From Selaginella moellendorffii (Eukaryota; Plantae; Lycopodiophyta): a DNA stretch of 64,000 bases. Numbering within the stretch: the first letter of the stretch is position 1; every line of letters begins with the position of its first letter. Location: contig NW_003314291.1 in the NCBI RefSeq assembly GCF_000143415.4, positions 1,834,121-1,898,120 of the forward strand, read 5' to 3'. Position numbers and translations under genes: made by a program. Under the pieces are notes generated by a model. The model made no database searches. It was not told the origin of the DNA and saw only the letters and a list, made by a program, of their open reading frames with translations. Positions 27,471-40,929 of the stretch are shown here, piece after piece.

Positions 27471-27541
27471 CCTTTCCACTTCATATGGAAATCCCTCACA
27501 TTGCGTCCTTGTCGCTTGCTCTTGTGCGCATTGAGGATGCC

Positions 27542-30500
27542 TGTAAGGAACCAACTCCCCGAGGTGTCGTAGGCTAAAGGATCCCCGAAAGCATGATCGA
27601 AATGACAAAGAGTTCATCGGATAGGATCGAGTCGGAGATCGAGTCCAAGACTGACTCTGAGAACGAGTTCGAGATAGAGTCCGGNNNNNNNNNNNNNNNN
27701 NNNNNNNNNNNNNNNNNNNNNNNNNNNNNNNNNNNNNNNNNNNNNNNNNNNNNNNNNNNNNNNNNNNNNNNNNNNNNNNNNNNNCAGGAACTCTCCAGTG
27801 GTGCTTCCAAACTGACTTGAGGTTGAGACTGGGGCCAAGGGGCCTTGGGTGGGAGTGAGCATAGACTCGGGTAGTGCCAGAGAGGCCACCCAAGGAAGTG
27901 CTCAAGAGCAACTCCCACTCCCGAAAGGGAAACCGACTGCGGTGCTCCTAGCTCATGTGGAGTGGTTCCCCACTTGAGTACCTTGTGGCTCATTGGTCCT
28001 TGCCCTTCCTAGGGGCTTGGGCCTTCCCTTCAGGATGGAAGTGGGGGGGGGGGGGGGATAGAGATACCCATACTGGGCCGTTAGGCCACAGTGTTTCCCC
28101 CCAGCATCCCGAAGCAAGTGTTGCACCCAAGGCTTGGGATTTAAAGGGTCCCATGATCAAGCTTTGTCATACCAAGGAATGTTAGGAACCTGGAGGCTTG
28201 GTGTGCTTAGCTGTTTGTGCCTATGGGGAATGTAGTCAAACCTTAAGTCCAGTCTAACCCAGGGAGGGGGATTAGGAGAGATTTGAGAATCTATGGATGG
28301 ATGGCTAAAGCTCCATTGCTCGTGCAGTGAATAGCTGAAACCAAGTAGGACCAAGTTGGAGTTAGTACAATAGGTGGGAACCTTGGCGAGGGAACTTAGC
28401 AAAAACCAAGGCAGTGTTGGTCGGATAGTCGACGTAAGCTGGAAAATGAACACGACAGGGTCGGGGTCCACATTTAGCAAAGGGGCCAAACCAAGGGGAA
28501 CATATAGCAAAGGTAAATTCAAAAAAAGTTTCTCTAAGAATGAGTCCTCGGGGTTCCGGAAAGGCAGATCAAGTGGCCAGCAAGCAAGTATATGGGGGAG
28601 TCAAGCAAAAAGAGATAAACCCATAGATAAGAAGGGCAAGTTAGTTAGCAGCATGGGAAACAACGTATGCTACAATAGCGGTGAAGCGGGACACTTTTCG
28701 AGGGAATGTCCCTACCCAAAGAAGGCCAGAGCCAATATGGCCATTAAGTCGGGTGAAATCCAAACTAAGGTATGTGATCTAGTCCCTAACTCGAAGTTAC
28801 TCATTACACGAGCAACATTGGTAGAGAGTCATTCGCGACATCTACTAGCCCTCCGAGGGAACCTCGAAGGTAGCTTTGTTAAGATCCTTATTGACACAGG
28901 TGCTTTAGATAATTTTGTGGCTGCAAACATAGTTTGGCAAGCCGGACTAACGGTGCAGCGGCTAGGCAAACCAAGGACTATAGAGTTTGTTCAAGGCAGC
29001 CAAAGCACTGATGAGGTACTTCGACAAAAGTAGGGACATCGAAAGTAGACATGGATTTCACCGTGTTGGACATGGCAGGATTTGACATAATATTAGGGAT
29101 GGATTGGTTCAATTGGTTCGTGGTAGCCCTGCATGGACAAAGTAGAAACCTTGTGGTATTAGCGAATGCCCAAGGAAGAAGATCTAGGGTGGAGGCCCAG
29201 GATCTAAAGGTAAGGCAATGCAAGGCCAAAGATTCCTGCCTAAACCTAGTGTCCAGAAGAGGACAACTCACTAAAGGAACCAAGGCAGCATTTTTGTGCT
29301 TACTCTCGGTGAAGAGTGACAAAAAGACAGGAATGGAAGAAGTACCTTTAGTGATCCAGCGGGTGTTGGACCAATTCCAGGATACCATGCCAGAGGAGCT
29401 ACCAGCAGGGTTGCCCCCCGCACGACCGATAGAACATAAGATTGAGCTGGTCAAGGGTGCTAAGGCAATGGTTCATCCCCCCTATCATTTGAACGAAAAG
29501 GAACTCGAGGAGCTCAAGTGCCAACTAGAAGAGTTGGTGGACAAAGGGTATGTTAGGTTGAGCAAGTTGCTATATGGGGCGCTAGTGTTATTTGTGAAAA
29601 AGAAAGATGGATCTATATGCATGTGCATAGACTACCGGTTGCTCAACAAATATACAAAAAAGAACAAGTACCCTTTGCCAAGGATTGAGGATTTGTTCGA
29701 TAGGTTAGGAAATGCAAAATACTTCTTGAGGATTGACGTAAGGTCAGGATACTACCAGATCAGGGTAGCAGAGGAAGATGTCGAGAAGACAACCTGTTGA
29801 ACAAGGTATGGGAGCTTTGAGTTTCTAGTGATGCCCTTTGGGCTATGCAATGCGCCGGCAACATTTTCGGCGTTGATGAACCACATCCTTGTACCCTATC
29901 TGGATCACTTCGTGGTCGTCTATATTAACAACATCCTGATCTATAGCGAAACGCTAGAAGAGTATGTCAAACACTTGACGAAAGTGTTTGAGAAACTAAG
30001 GGAACATCAGCTGTATGCCAAAGAGAGCAAATCTGACTTTGCTCAAGAAGAGGTAAAGTTTCTCAGGCATATAGTGGGCAAGGACAGGCTCAAGGTGGAC
30101 CCTGAGAAGGTCCAAGCAATCCAGGAATGGGAACGACCAATGAATGTAAACGAGTTAAGGGCATTTTTGGGGCTATGCAACTACTACCGAAAGTTTATCA
30201 AACACTATTCGAGAGTAGCCCTGCTCTTAATGGACCAAACGGGAAAAGGGAAGATAGTATGGACAGCACAATATGAGGCAACATTTGTCCACCTCAAAGG
30301 GAAGTTGAGGAAAGCTCCCGTGTTGGCGTTACCAGACTTTGGTAAGGACTTTGAGGTAGAAATGGATGCTTCGGACTTTGTGTTGGGCACAGTTTTGAAG
30401 CAAAACAACCATCCAGTAGCGTTCTTTTCAAAGAAGTTGGACAAGGCTTAGCGGAAGTAGCCTACCCACGAGAAGGAATTGTATACGGTGGTCAAGGCAC

Positions 30501-31728
30501 TCAAGGAGTGGCGACACTACCTTGGGAGACACTTCAAGATTTACACGGACAATGTGGCAACAAAACACTTCTTGTCATAGCCCAACTTAAGAGGGAAATA
30601 GGGTCAGTGGGCCAATGCTTTGGCCGAGTTTGATTGCAAGATTTTGTACAAGCTTGGGAAGAGCAACATCATGGCGGATGTGCTAAGTCGAAAAGTGAGC
30701 TTGAAGTTAGCGTTATCCAGCACGACAGCAACCTTTTGGGATGATATGTGGACAGCATATGAGAACGATGGTCTAGCACAAGAAGTGTTGTTGAGGAATC
30801 TAGAGGCACGGGAAACTCACCAGAGAGGTGAGCTACCATGGGAAGAGAAAACGGGCTATGCGGAATGCAACAGACTCATTTATTACAAGCAAATGAGAAA
30901 ACGGGCTATGCGGAATGCAACAAACTCATTTATTACAAGCAAATGAGCGTGTATGTTCCAGAAGGGGAACTAAGGAAGGTAGCCTTAGAAGAGTGTTATG
31001 ATGGACCTCTTGTGGGACATGGCAGAGTGCCCAAGATGATAGGCTTACTCAAGAGGAAGTACCACTAGCCAGATATGGCTAAGGACATCCAAAACTATGT
31101 AAAGACATGTCCAACATGTTAGCAGGTCAAAGCCATGACTAAAGCGAGTGGGGGCTTGTTACAAAACATCCCAATTCCAGATCATCCGTGGAAATGTCTT
31201 ACGATAGACTTCATCATGGGACTCCCCCCAAGCGAAGGGTTCGATGCAATATTTATGGTGGTGAACCGATTTTCGAAGATGGCAAATTTCATACCCACCA
31301 CAACGAAAGTGGATGCGGAAGGTGTGGCGAAGCTGTTCTTCGAACAATTGGTTCGAGTGCGGGGAAGGCCAGAAGAGATCATCTCAGATCAAGATAAGAT
31401 CTTCACCTGTAAGTTTTTGAGAACTCTCCTGGAATAGTATCGCACCAAGTTGAAATTCAGCACAGCCTATGGGTATTAAATCAAGTTTGATGGCACTAAC
31501 ACTTCTTGATAGACGGACAAACAGAAAGGGTGAATAAGCAATTGAAGGATTATTTGCAATGCTATGTCTCGGGAGACCAAACCGATTAGGTAAGTCATTT
31601 GGGACTTGTGGAAATGTGTTATAACAACTCACCACATTCGAGTATCAGGGTGAGTCTATGGGAAGTCATCAATGGGCAAGCTATTGAAGGTCCTGTGGAG
31701 CTCGGCGTGGGCGAGTATCATGGAGAGT
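27542..31728 (+). mobile_element. Ty3/gypsy retrotransposon, defective (LTR 27542-~28447, PBS/gag 5' deleted, gag knuckle-PR-RT-RH-INT, 3' truncated)
   Basis: CYNSGEAGHFSRECP knuckle; protease LIDTGA; [36 protein letters not shown]; RNase H DASDF; integrase IDFIMGLP..FDAIFMVVNRFSKMA; many stops. Confidence 0.92.
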
Positions 31729-34248
31729 ACCACAAATATTGCATCGAACCCCTTGCTTGGGGGGAGTCCCGTGATGAAGTCCATTGTAAGACATTTCCAC
31801 GGACGATCTGGAATTGGGATGCTTTGTAACAAGCCTTCACTAGCCTTAGTCACGGCTTTGACCTGCTGATATGTTGGACATGTCTTTACATAGTCTTGGA
31901 CATCCTTAACCATATCTGGCCAGCTATACTTCCTCTTGAGTAAACTCATCATTTTGGGCACTCCACCATGTCCCGCAAGAGGTTCGTCATGACACTCTTC
32001 TAAGGCTACCTTCCTTAGTTCCCCTTTTGGAACATACACCCTCGTTTGTTTATAATAAATGAGTCCATTGCACTTCATATAACCTGTTTTCTCTTCTGTT
32101 GGCAACTCACCTCTTTGGTGAGCTTCCCACACCTCGAGGTTCCTTAGCAACACTTCTTGTGGTAGACCATTGTTCTCATATGCTGTCCGCACATAATCCC
32201 AAAAGGTTGTTATCATGCTGGATATCACCAACTTCAAGCTCGCTTTTCGATTTAGAGCATCTGCCACGATGTTGCTCTTCCTAGCCTTATACAGAATCTC
32301 GCAATCAAACTCGGCCAAAGTATTGGCCCACTGACCTTCTTTCCCTCTCAGGTCGGGCTATGACAAGAAGTGTTTCATTGCCACATTGTCTGTGTAAACC
32401 TTGAAGTGTCTCACAAGGTAGTGTCTTCACTCCTTGAGAACCTTGACCACCGCATACAATTCCTTCTTGTGAGCAAGCCACTTCTGCTAAGCTTTGTCCA
32501 ACTTCTTTGAGAAGAACACTATTGGATGGTTGTCTTGCTTCAACACTACATCCAACACAAAGTCTGAAGCATCCATTTCTACCTCAAAGTCCTTACCAAA
32601 ATCTGGTAATGCCAACATGGGAGCCTTTCTCAACTTCCCTTTGAAGTGGACAAATGCCGCCTCACATTCCACTCTTCCCTTTTTCTGTTTGGTCCATCAA
32701 AGGCAAAGGTACTCTCAAATAATGTTTGATAAACTTTCAATAGTAGTTGCATAGCCCCAAAAATGCCCTTAACTCATGTACATTCATTGGTCGTTCCCAT
32801 TTCTGGATTGCTTGGACCTTCTCAGGGTCCATCTTGAGCCCGTCCTTGCCCACCATATGCCCAAGAAACTTTACCTCTTGTTGAGCAAAGTCACATTTGC
32901 TCTCTTTAGCATACAACTATTGTTCCCTTAGTTTTTCAAACACCTTTGTCAAGTGTTCAGCATACTCCTCTAGCGTTTCGTTATAGATCAGGATGTCGTT
33001 AATATAGACGACCACGAAATGATCCAGATAGGGTGCAAGGATGTGGTTCATTAGCGCCGAAAACATTGTCGGCATATTGCACAACCCAAAGGGCATCACC
33101 AAAAACTTAAAGCTCCCATACTTTGTTCGACATGTTGTCTTCTTGAAATTTTCCTCTGCTACCCTAATTTGGTAGTATCTTGACCTTAGGTCAATCCTCG
33201 AGAAGTATTTTGCCTTTCCCAACCTATCGAACAGGTCCTCAATCTTTGGCAAATGGTATTTGTTCTTCTTTATATACTTGTTGAGCAACCAGTTGAGCAA
33301 CGAAGCATTAGCCATCCATCCACAAATTCCTAAATCTCTCCCAATCCCCCTCCCTGAGTTAAACTCGACTTAAGGTTTGGCTACACTCCCCAAAGGCACA
33401 AGCAGCCAAGCACACCAAGCCTTCAGGTTCTTAACATCCTTTGTTACAACAAAACTTGATCATGGGACCCTCTAAATCCCAAGCCTTGGGTGTGACACTT
33501 GCTTCGGGACGCTGGGGGAATACATTGTGGCCTAACAACCCGGTATGGGTACCTTTACCCCCCCACTTTCATCCCGAAGGGAAGGCCCAAGCCCCTAGGA
33601 AGGGCGAGGACTAATGACCCGCAAGGTACTCAAGTGGGGCATCACTCCATATAAGCTAAGAGCACCGCAGTCGGTTTCCCTTTCGGGAGTGGGAGTTGCT
33701 CTTGAGCACTTCCTTGGGTGGCCCCTCCAGCACCACCCGAGTCCATGCTCACTCCCACCTAAGGCCCCTTGGCCCTAATCTCAACCTCAAGTCAATTTGG
33801 AAGCACCACTGAAGAGTTCCTTCAAGACTAGTTCCTAGACCTCATTATCCCTACTATATTTTTGGAACCCCTTGCAGCCTTGCCCCCCCCCCCCGGGAGA
33901 CACATGCTTTGGGCTTTCACCCCTCAACCTATATTAGTACTCCTCGGACTTGATCTAGGACCCGACCTCGGACTCGGTCTCAGACTCGATTTCGGACCTG
34001 ACCTCGGACCCGATCTCAGACTCGAACTCAAACTCGACCTCGGACTTAGTCTTGGACCTGATCTCAAATCTCAAACTCTGTCTCGAACTCAGTCTTGAAC
34101 TCGGTCTCAGAGTCGGCCTCGAAGTTGATCTCGTACTCTATCTCGAACTCAGTCTCAAAGTCGGTCTTGGACTCGATCTCAAACTCAGCCCCATTTGATA
34201 AAATTTTTATCATTTCGGTCATGCTTTCAGGGATCCTTTAGCCTACAA
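31729..34248 (-). mobile_element. Second, inverted copy of the same gypsy family (LTR ~33300-34248 fused directly to RT-RH-INT); LTR tip continues at 47318-47346
   Basis: ORFs 32917-33315, 32487-32672 and 31656-32318 are paralogous to the plus-strand copy. The LTR is the reverse complement of 27542 onward and is split by the DNA transposon. Confidence 0.9.
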
Positions 34249-35454
34249 AAGCTCTATTTCATTAAAGTGGGATTTATTCAGTAAAATGGGACTAGGTACA
34301 AATTTTCAAGTATTTGAAAATGACGTGAAATTATATGTTTTTTGTCTAGGGGCTAGACATATCTGGGGCATGGTGACTAGCGCGGTGACCTTATGTCCAG
34401 ATTGAGTCCATCTAGTTGTATAATAAATCTCATTGTCAAGGTGAACAAGCCGAATCTGAAGCTAAAGAAGAGCGATGGCATGCGCGCACACACTATTTGT
34501 TTGTTCATTGAGCGTGTGGTGAGCTTTCCAAGATGAACATCATTCCTATTAGCCAGACATATAACTTAATGGTGAGAACATTTAGATATTATTCAATGTT
34601 ATCTTTTTCTAACGAATCTAATTGTGAAGGTGTAGCAAGAGGCATTGCTAGTCTGGAGAAGTCATTTAACTCATTTGACCCTTAGTGTATTTTCATGAAA
34701 CTAAATAACATTCATATTATTAAGGAATTTCTCTAGTACCTTTTTTTTACGACATAGAGGCTTGCATTTCTTTCAAAGGTGATTTAGTAAAAGGCCTGAG
34801 GGCACATGCCATTCTATTTCTCAGACCGGTATTAAGATATACTAGTGCAAAGGGAAAAAGGTATTTGGTGATCAAGTAAATGGCATGAGGGCACACGCCA
34901 TTATAAGCCTAAGCGCTAGTGGACACCTCCTTTTTGGTACTCTCAGCAGTACTATCATCCTTCTCCGGGTCAGTTGTTTTGCTTTGGATTGTTGTCTCTG
35001 ACGTTACTGGGGCGTTCTCGATAGTTGTTAATGTTGCCGTTTGTTCAGAAAAATGATCACCTGGAGTATAGTACGGGGAGTTTGGAAGACTTATATATTC
35101 TACATCTTCACCTATCTCCTTCTCCGTCTCCTTTTCTGCCTCACTTACAGATTTTGTGCTTGCCATGAGAACGCTCTTCACCCTAAAATATGGAGTTCGT
35201 TGTGTTATAAAAGGAAACCAACACACACGCTGCAAGGGAATGATGGTACATAAAGCACGTAAGCCCACAATATGGGTTTATGTGCCATTAATATGGGCCA
35301 CACGCCATATTATTAGATTTATGCACGTGTGATTGGTAAATGCATATGTCACATCATCTTTGTTTTACCTCACACACTATATCAAGCCTCCTCTGATTCA
35401 GATTCGGATTGTTCACCTTGAAATAAAATACATTAGAAACTTTGTAAAGGAATA

Positions 35455-38400
35455 TTAATGAATCTCACCTTGAACCCGAGTTATGAATGCTCTTGCTGCA
35501 TCTCTTGCATGGTCTGGCAAGGTGATGGTGGCACTCTGCTTCCGCATCCAACCATGCACAACATTATCCACCGATATGCTCATGCTGGGATCCCTTGGAT
35601 TCAGCACCCATCTCTTTTCTAGGCAATCCTTCGTATATCCGGAACTTGGCTTGAACCACTCCACAGTTACATTGAAGGACTTAGTTTCCGCGTCCTCCTC
35701 TGCATCAGTGATGCAGCGCCCCACCCATATCATTTGTTTTTTATTACTTGGTCTGACAAGCACAACCATTCCTTTGCAGACCTGTACTGGATTGAATGCT
35801 GAATCCGGCTTCTTGTTCCTCGGCCCACAATAGTGATCCTCAACATCGTTATCTGTCACTGCATTTCCAGAGGACATTGTTCCGCTACTATCTGGTGCTC
35901 TGGGTTCTGGCCAAAAGGACTCTTCCAATTCTTCATATACAACCGGCCCATTTTGGATAGCAGATATAATCTTCTCCCAGTATTCGAGCAAAGGCTTGCA
36001 CCTCTGAAAATAGGATTCTCCACCAAACACCAACCCCCTCTTCCAGAAGGCAATATGCTGTCTAATCCCGGCCACTATACTTTCCTGGTCTTTGAGTCCA
36101 TCCGGGTGCATCGGCCGTGGGGAATCCTGAGGAATCATAGGTTCCCCAGTTATGGGATCTCTCTTGAAGAGTTCAATGCCGTCCACTGGCAGCCACACTG
36201 TGTCCCATTCTCTCATCTTGTACCTCATCACTGGAGCACCGTCACACATGCTGAAATGAAACTGAAGAGGCTTGGAGTGGCCAATCAGCGTTTCGGATCC
36301 ATCCCTGATGTAGCCTCTTACAAACCCCTTAAAGTCTGGAACCTTTGTCAGAAGTGCAGCTTCAACAGTGCCTTTGATGCAATTTTGGAATTCATCGTAG
36401 AGTTGTGGGAGGGTGAGGACATTGGATCGCCGGAGGGACTCTGCCAGGTGACTGAACATGGCATCGACGTCTTCATGAGTGTGCCCAACCATGAGAAAGC
36501 CAAGTGTAACCATTTCAAATATGCCTTTGGCAACAAGCATCGCCAAGTACGCGAAGATGTACATGTTTTTGTTCTCACTGCCAGCATTGTCTGTTTGGAG
36601 CAGAAGATGGGGTGGAAGGCCACATCGGCCGCAAGAACTTCCTTGAGATTCTGCTTCGTTTGGATGAGGCTGTGCATTCACCGGGCGACCAGCCTCGTCG
36701 GAATGGCATGAGGCCTCACGTGATAACCCTACAATCTGACGGCCAACATATTCACTGGGATGGCATGGGGCCCCACGCGATACTGCAAGCCTTTGCTCCT
36801 CCTCCAGCTGAACCCTGTATGGGGTTCGATCGACAAGGGCCTTATGCAAGGGTTGGCCGTTCAGCTCAGTCTGCGCACTTTGCAGAGACCTTAAGTGTTT
36901 TGCTAGGGACGCAATCATCATGTTTGCACCCCCGCCACCCCATAGAGGTACAAAGAAGTTCCCATAGTTCTGGGCACCATGCCCATGAGCGATTATGCCA
37001 AACAGAGACACAGGCAGCTGCATGGATGAAGAGATTGCCTTGGGGGCAGGATTGAGTCGAGGTAAGCACGTCTTTTTCTGGTCCATTTTGTCGTGGATGA
37101 TGCAGAGGTAAGAGTCAGGTCTCTCCATGGAGAGAATCCTGTTATGATAATATGCAGTCCTGCAGCTTCTCTGCTCGATGTTGTGGTCGAGCCGCCTTCT
37201 AACCAACGTCTCTTGCTCTTGAGCGCTACAAGAATTCTTCGACAAAGCCATTTTGATAGCAGTGCACTCGTCACACTTTGAAAAGCTGGAGTACTTTCCT
37301 ATACTCACATCCCTGAACCTGTTGCTCCACAATCTACTAAATCTAGATTGGCTCAGCTTCCTGTAGCCATTACTCTGGAGTTCCCGATTCACATCTTCCA
37401 ATATGGCCCCCTTGGTATACATGGAAGGGAGAACTCGTTGGGTGTCTCGTGTTCCATCTTCCAAGAGGCGGGTTTTATGTGGTTGCTGCTCGCTACATGT
37501 CTCGACAAACCTCTTGAAGATTGCCTCTCCATATACAACATGACCCCTGGTTTTGTGCGTACCGTCGTTCCCATGGACTGCCTGTTGAACCCTTTGTTCC
37601 TCGAACTCAGTTTTGATTCTGTAGAATGTGCTTCGAGGGACTCCATAAATGATTCTCCATGCCTTCATGCAGACCAAACCCCTCTGGAAGACCATGCCCC
37701 CCACCTGATGTTCTGAAGCATCAACAGATGACCGTAATGCCTCATACACAAAATTGCGAGCTGCCTTCCAGGACAATGTCTTGTATCTTGCTCTCTCCTC
37801 TTCAATAGCATCCCAATCAGCATGTTGACAGCACCTCCTCTTGCAACAAGCAACTGTCGAGACCATTCGAACCTCCATCGCCATTTTCTGCCTTTTCGGT
37901 TCGTTGCTCAGATCCCTTTGGCTGCGCTTTAGGAAGGTGTACTTTCTTTTCCCATGAAGAGATGTTCTGTCATCAGTTGTAGTGGTGTTTGATTGTGAAT
38001 CCTTCACATTCTCAAACACTAAGTGCCTCAATTTCCACCGCACAATGCTTCCAATAGTCAGACTGTTTTCTTCTGTGTCAACAACCTCTAAAATCGCAAC
38101 TCCAATATCATCCTAGCCCAATTCTTGATTAGCAACCGCATCTCTTGGATCGACAACTGTGGCTAAGCCCTCAGCTACCACCTCCCCCTCGGGGTTGTTT
38201 AGAAACACTTTTGCCTGAATCCATGTAGCACGGTTCTTAAGATCCACGGAGGGAACATGCGTCGCACTTGCGCGGTCCCCAACATCTGCTTTCTTCTGAA
38301 GATTTTTCAAGGCAACAACAACATTTACCCCGACGACCATCTCTCCTCGTTCAATAGCGACCACATTCCCATCGAAGACAGTCTCTACTGATACAGCAGC

Positions 38401-38523
38401 ATTGCCTTCCCCAAGCCTTTCACAGTGTATAACAAAGTTCCGATCCATAGACACAAGGGTCCCTTTTGCAACTCTCTTCCCACCATTCAAAATGTAAACC
38501 TTTTCCCCAACCCTGAAGGCCAT
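35455..38523 (-). CDS. DDD-type transposase, Sola1-like (~1020 codons, one in-frame TAG at 38113-38115; may splice to extra 3' exons down to ~34909)
   Basis: Catalytic-type motifs IIHDKMDQ, LQTDNAGSENKN and GHTHEDVDAMFS; upstream CCKRRCC, VCMKAWRIIYGV and FSKCDEC...H Zn-binding motifs. ORFs 38113-38523 and 35455-38043 are in the same frame, separated by 23 sense codons after a single stop. The superfamily call is from motif memory. Confidence 0.8.
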
Positions 38524-39682
38524 TCTGAAAGTGTAGAAAAGAAGTTAAGACCATACAAAAAATGATTGGAGAATGGCCTAAATCATAACATACCAAACAA
38601 CCTCAATAGCATGAGGCCACATGCCATTATTCAAACATGCTATTGACACCCACGTGAAATTTCGCATTCACAAAATTGGCATGAGCCCTCATGCCATTAG
38701 TGGTACCACTAATGGCATGAGGCCTCACGCTATCTTTGGCCCCTGCTAGCCTGTTGCTATATTCCTTTTGCCTTGCTGCAACTGTATATATTTTTGTGTG
38801 CGTGACTAGTCACCCATACAAAAATATAACAGACCAGGAACCAGGCATACCGAATATCGCCATAACTTAGTAGCCGCACCAAATAAAATGCCGCCCGCAG
38901 CCCGCAACAACTCACATCGCGCTCGCACGACGAGACTGCTCGAGCGACGCTCGTACACATGTCACTCGACTACACTAGCGCTGTGAACGCGCTCGCNNNN
39001 NNNNNNNNNNNNNNNNNNNNNNNNNNNNNNNNNNNNNNNNNNNNNNNNNNNNNNNNNNNNNNNNNNNNNNNNNNNNNNNNNNNNNNNNNNNNNNNNNNNN
39101 NNNNNNNNNNNNNNNNNNNNNNNNNNNNNNNNNNNNNNNNNNNNNNNNNNNNNNNNNNNNNNNNNNNNNNNNNNNNNNNNNNNNNNNNNNNNNNNNNNNN
39201 NNNNNNNNNNNNNNNNNNNNNNNNNNNNNNNNNNNNNNNNNNNNNNNNNNNNNNNNNNNNNNNNNNNNNNNNNNNNNNNNNNNNNNNNNNNNNNNNNNNN
39301 NNNNNNNNNNNNNNNNNNNNNNNNNNNNNNNNNNNNNNNNNNNNNNNNNNNNNNNNNNNNNNNNNNNNNNNNNNNNNNNNNNNNNNNNNNNNNNNNNNNN
39401 NNNNNNNNNNNNNNNNNNNNNNNNNNNNNNNNNNNNNNNNNNNNNNNNNNNNNNNNNNNNNNNNNNNNNNNNNNNNNNNNNNNNNNNNNNNNNNNNNNNN
39501 NNNNNNNNNNNNNNNNNNNNNNNNNNNNNNNNNNNNNNNNNNNNNNNNNNNNNNNNNNNNNNNNNNNNNNNNNNNNNNNNNNNNNNNNNNNNNNNNNNNN
39601 NNNNNNNNNNNNTCTGCTCGGCATCTGCCTCTTAAGCATTTGCCCAGAAAGGGCATCTTTCTTCACGCAGCATTTGCCACAT

Positions 39683-39716
39683 GTTTAGGGTTTAGGGTTT
39701 AGGGTTTAGGGTTTAG
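39683..39716 (+). repeat. Interstitial plant telomeric repeat (TTTAGGG) x ~4.7
   Basis: gtttagggtttagggtttagggtttagggtttag read directly. Confidence 0.95.
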
Positions 39717-40929
39717 CAATTCAGTAGCTTGATAAACATGCAAATACAGAACTTGATGCAAAATCCTTTGATATGTCACAATGCCCCTAGGACCATAAAC
39801 ACATTTCAATAGAGAGGGTCCTTTCATTTCATAACTCCTTACGTAGATCTTGGTGAAACCAGAGTTAGTGAAGTTAGTTTCTTGTGATCCCGCATCTGAT
39901 TGTGATGTCCCTTTGCAGTTTCGATGGAAAGGTCAATGCACACCAAACTGTGAAATCTTGGAGCAAAATAACGGTCGGATCTATGGCAAATGCCCCTGAA
40001 ACATTGTAAGGCTCGTGTGGTCTCATGTGGTGTCCGATTGAGATGCTTCTTTGCAGGGTCATCAAGAAAGACATTGTATACCATTCTGTAAAATCTAGTT
40101 GCGATCTAACGGTTGGATCTCCAGAAAACTCAAAAAAATTTCGTGCGTGTCATAATATCCTAGGAATATACTCCTATGTGCCCCTGAAAATGGCATGCGG
40201 CCCCACGCCATTCAAGAGATAATGCCAGATGACGCCGAGAATTTTTTGGTGCATTTTTTGGGTTCAAAATTGCATGAGCCCACACGCTATAAAGTTTATC
40301 TTTGCCAAATAGAGAAAAGTTTATCTGTGTCATGTGAGGTAGTTACAGTCCTTTGTGCTCGGCATCTGCCTCTTGCAGCATTTGCACTGAAAGGGAATTT
40401 TTCTCCATTCAGCATTTGGCCCTGAAAATGGCATGCGCCCACACGCCATTCAAGGAATAATGCCACAGGACGCCTGGATTTTTGGGTTTAAAATGTTTAG
40501 GGTTTTTTGGGTTTTTTCAAAATATTTTGGGTCCAACGTTTTTTGGGTTTCTTTGGTTCAAAATTGCATGAGCCCACACGCTATAATATTGATTTGAGAG
40601 AAAAATAGAAACAGATAGAATTTCTTTATTTAGCTGAACATCTGCCATTTTTGGAAATACAAGATGCTTTGGAATATCCAATCATGCATGGTATAAATAT
40701 AGCGAGGGTATTAAATGATATCCCAATCATGATCTTTCTTTTGGATTTCGCGTGCATGCAGTCCGAGGAATGATGACGTTGCGGATTTCTTTTGGATTTT
40801 GCGTGCTTGCATGCGCGCGGCAATCCAGAAATTAATGGTGGCGCCCAAGTCCGAGGAATGATGACGTGGCGGGATTACCAACCGTTGTGACATTTCGCGC
40901 GTGTGAGGTTAGGTTTTGCATTTTGCTTT

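Noticed and set aside
35483-37716. Antisense ORFs over the transposase and cargo genes (e.g. 35833-36711, 42677-43285, 43607-44071)
   Set aside because: Shadow frames of real coding sequence with no recognisable motifs.
38959-39702. ORFs spanning N runs (also 1945-2214 and 27405-27993)
   Set aside because: Artefacts of assembly gaps.
39683-39716. True chromosome end
   Set aside because: There are only about five units, and they lie inside a TIR-bounded element with continuous sequence beyond.
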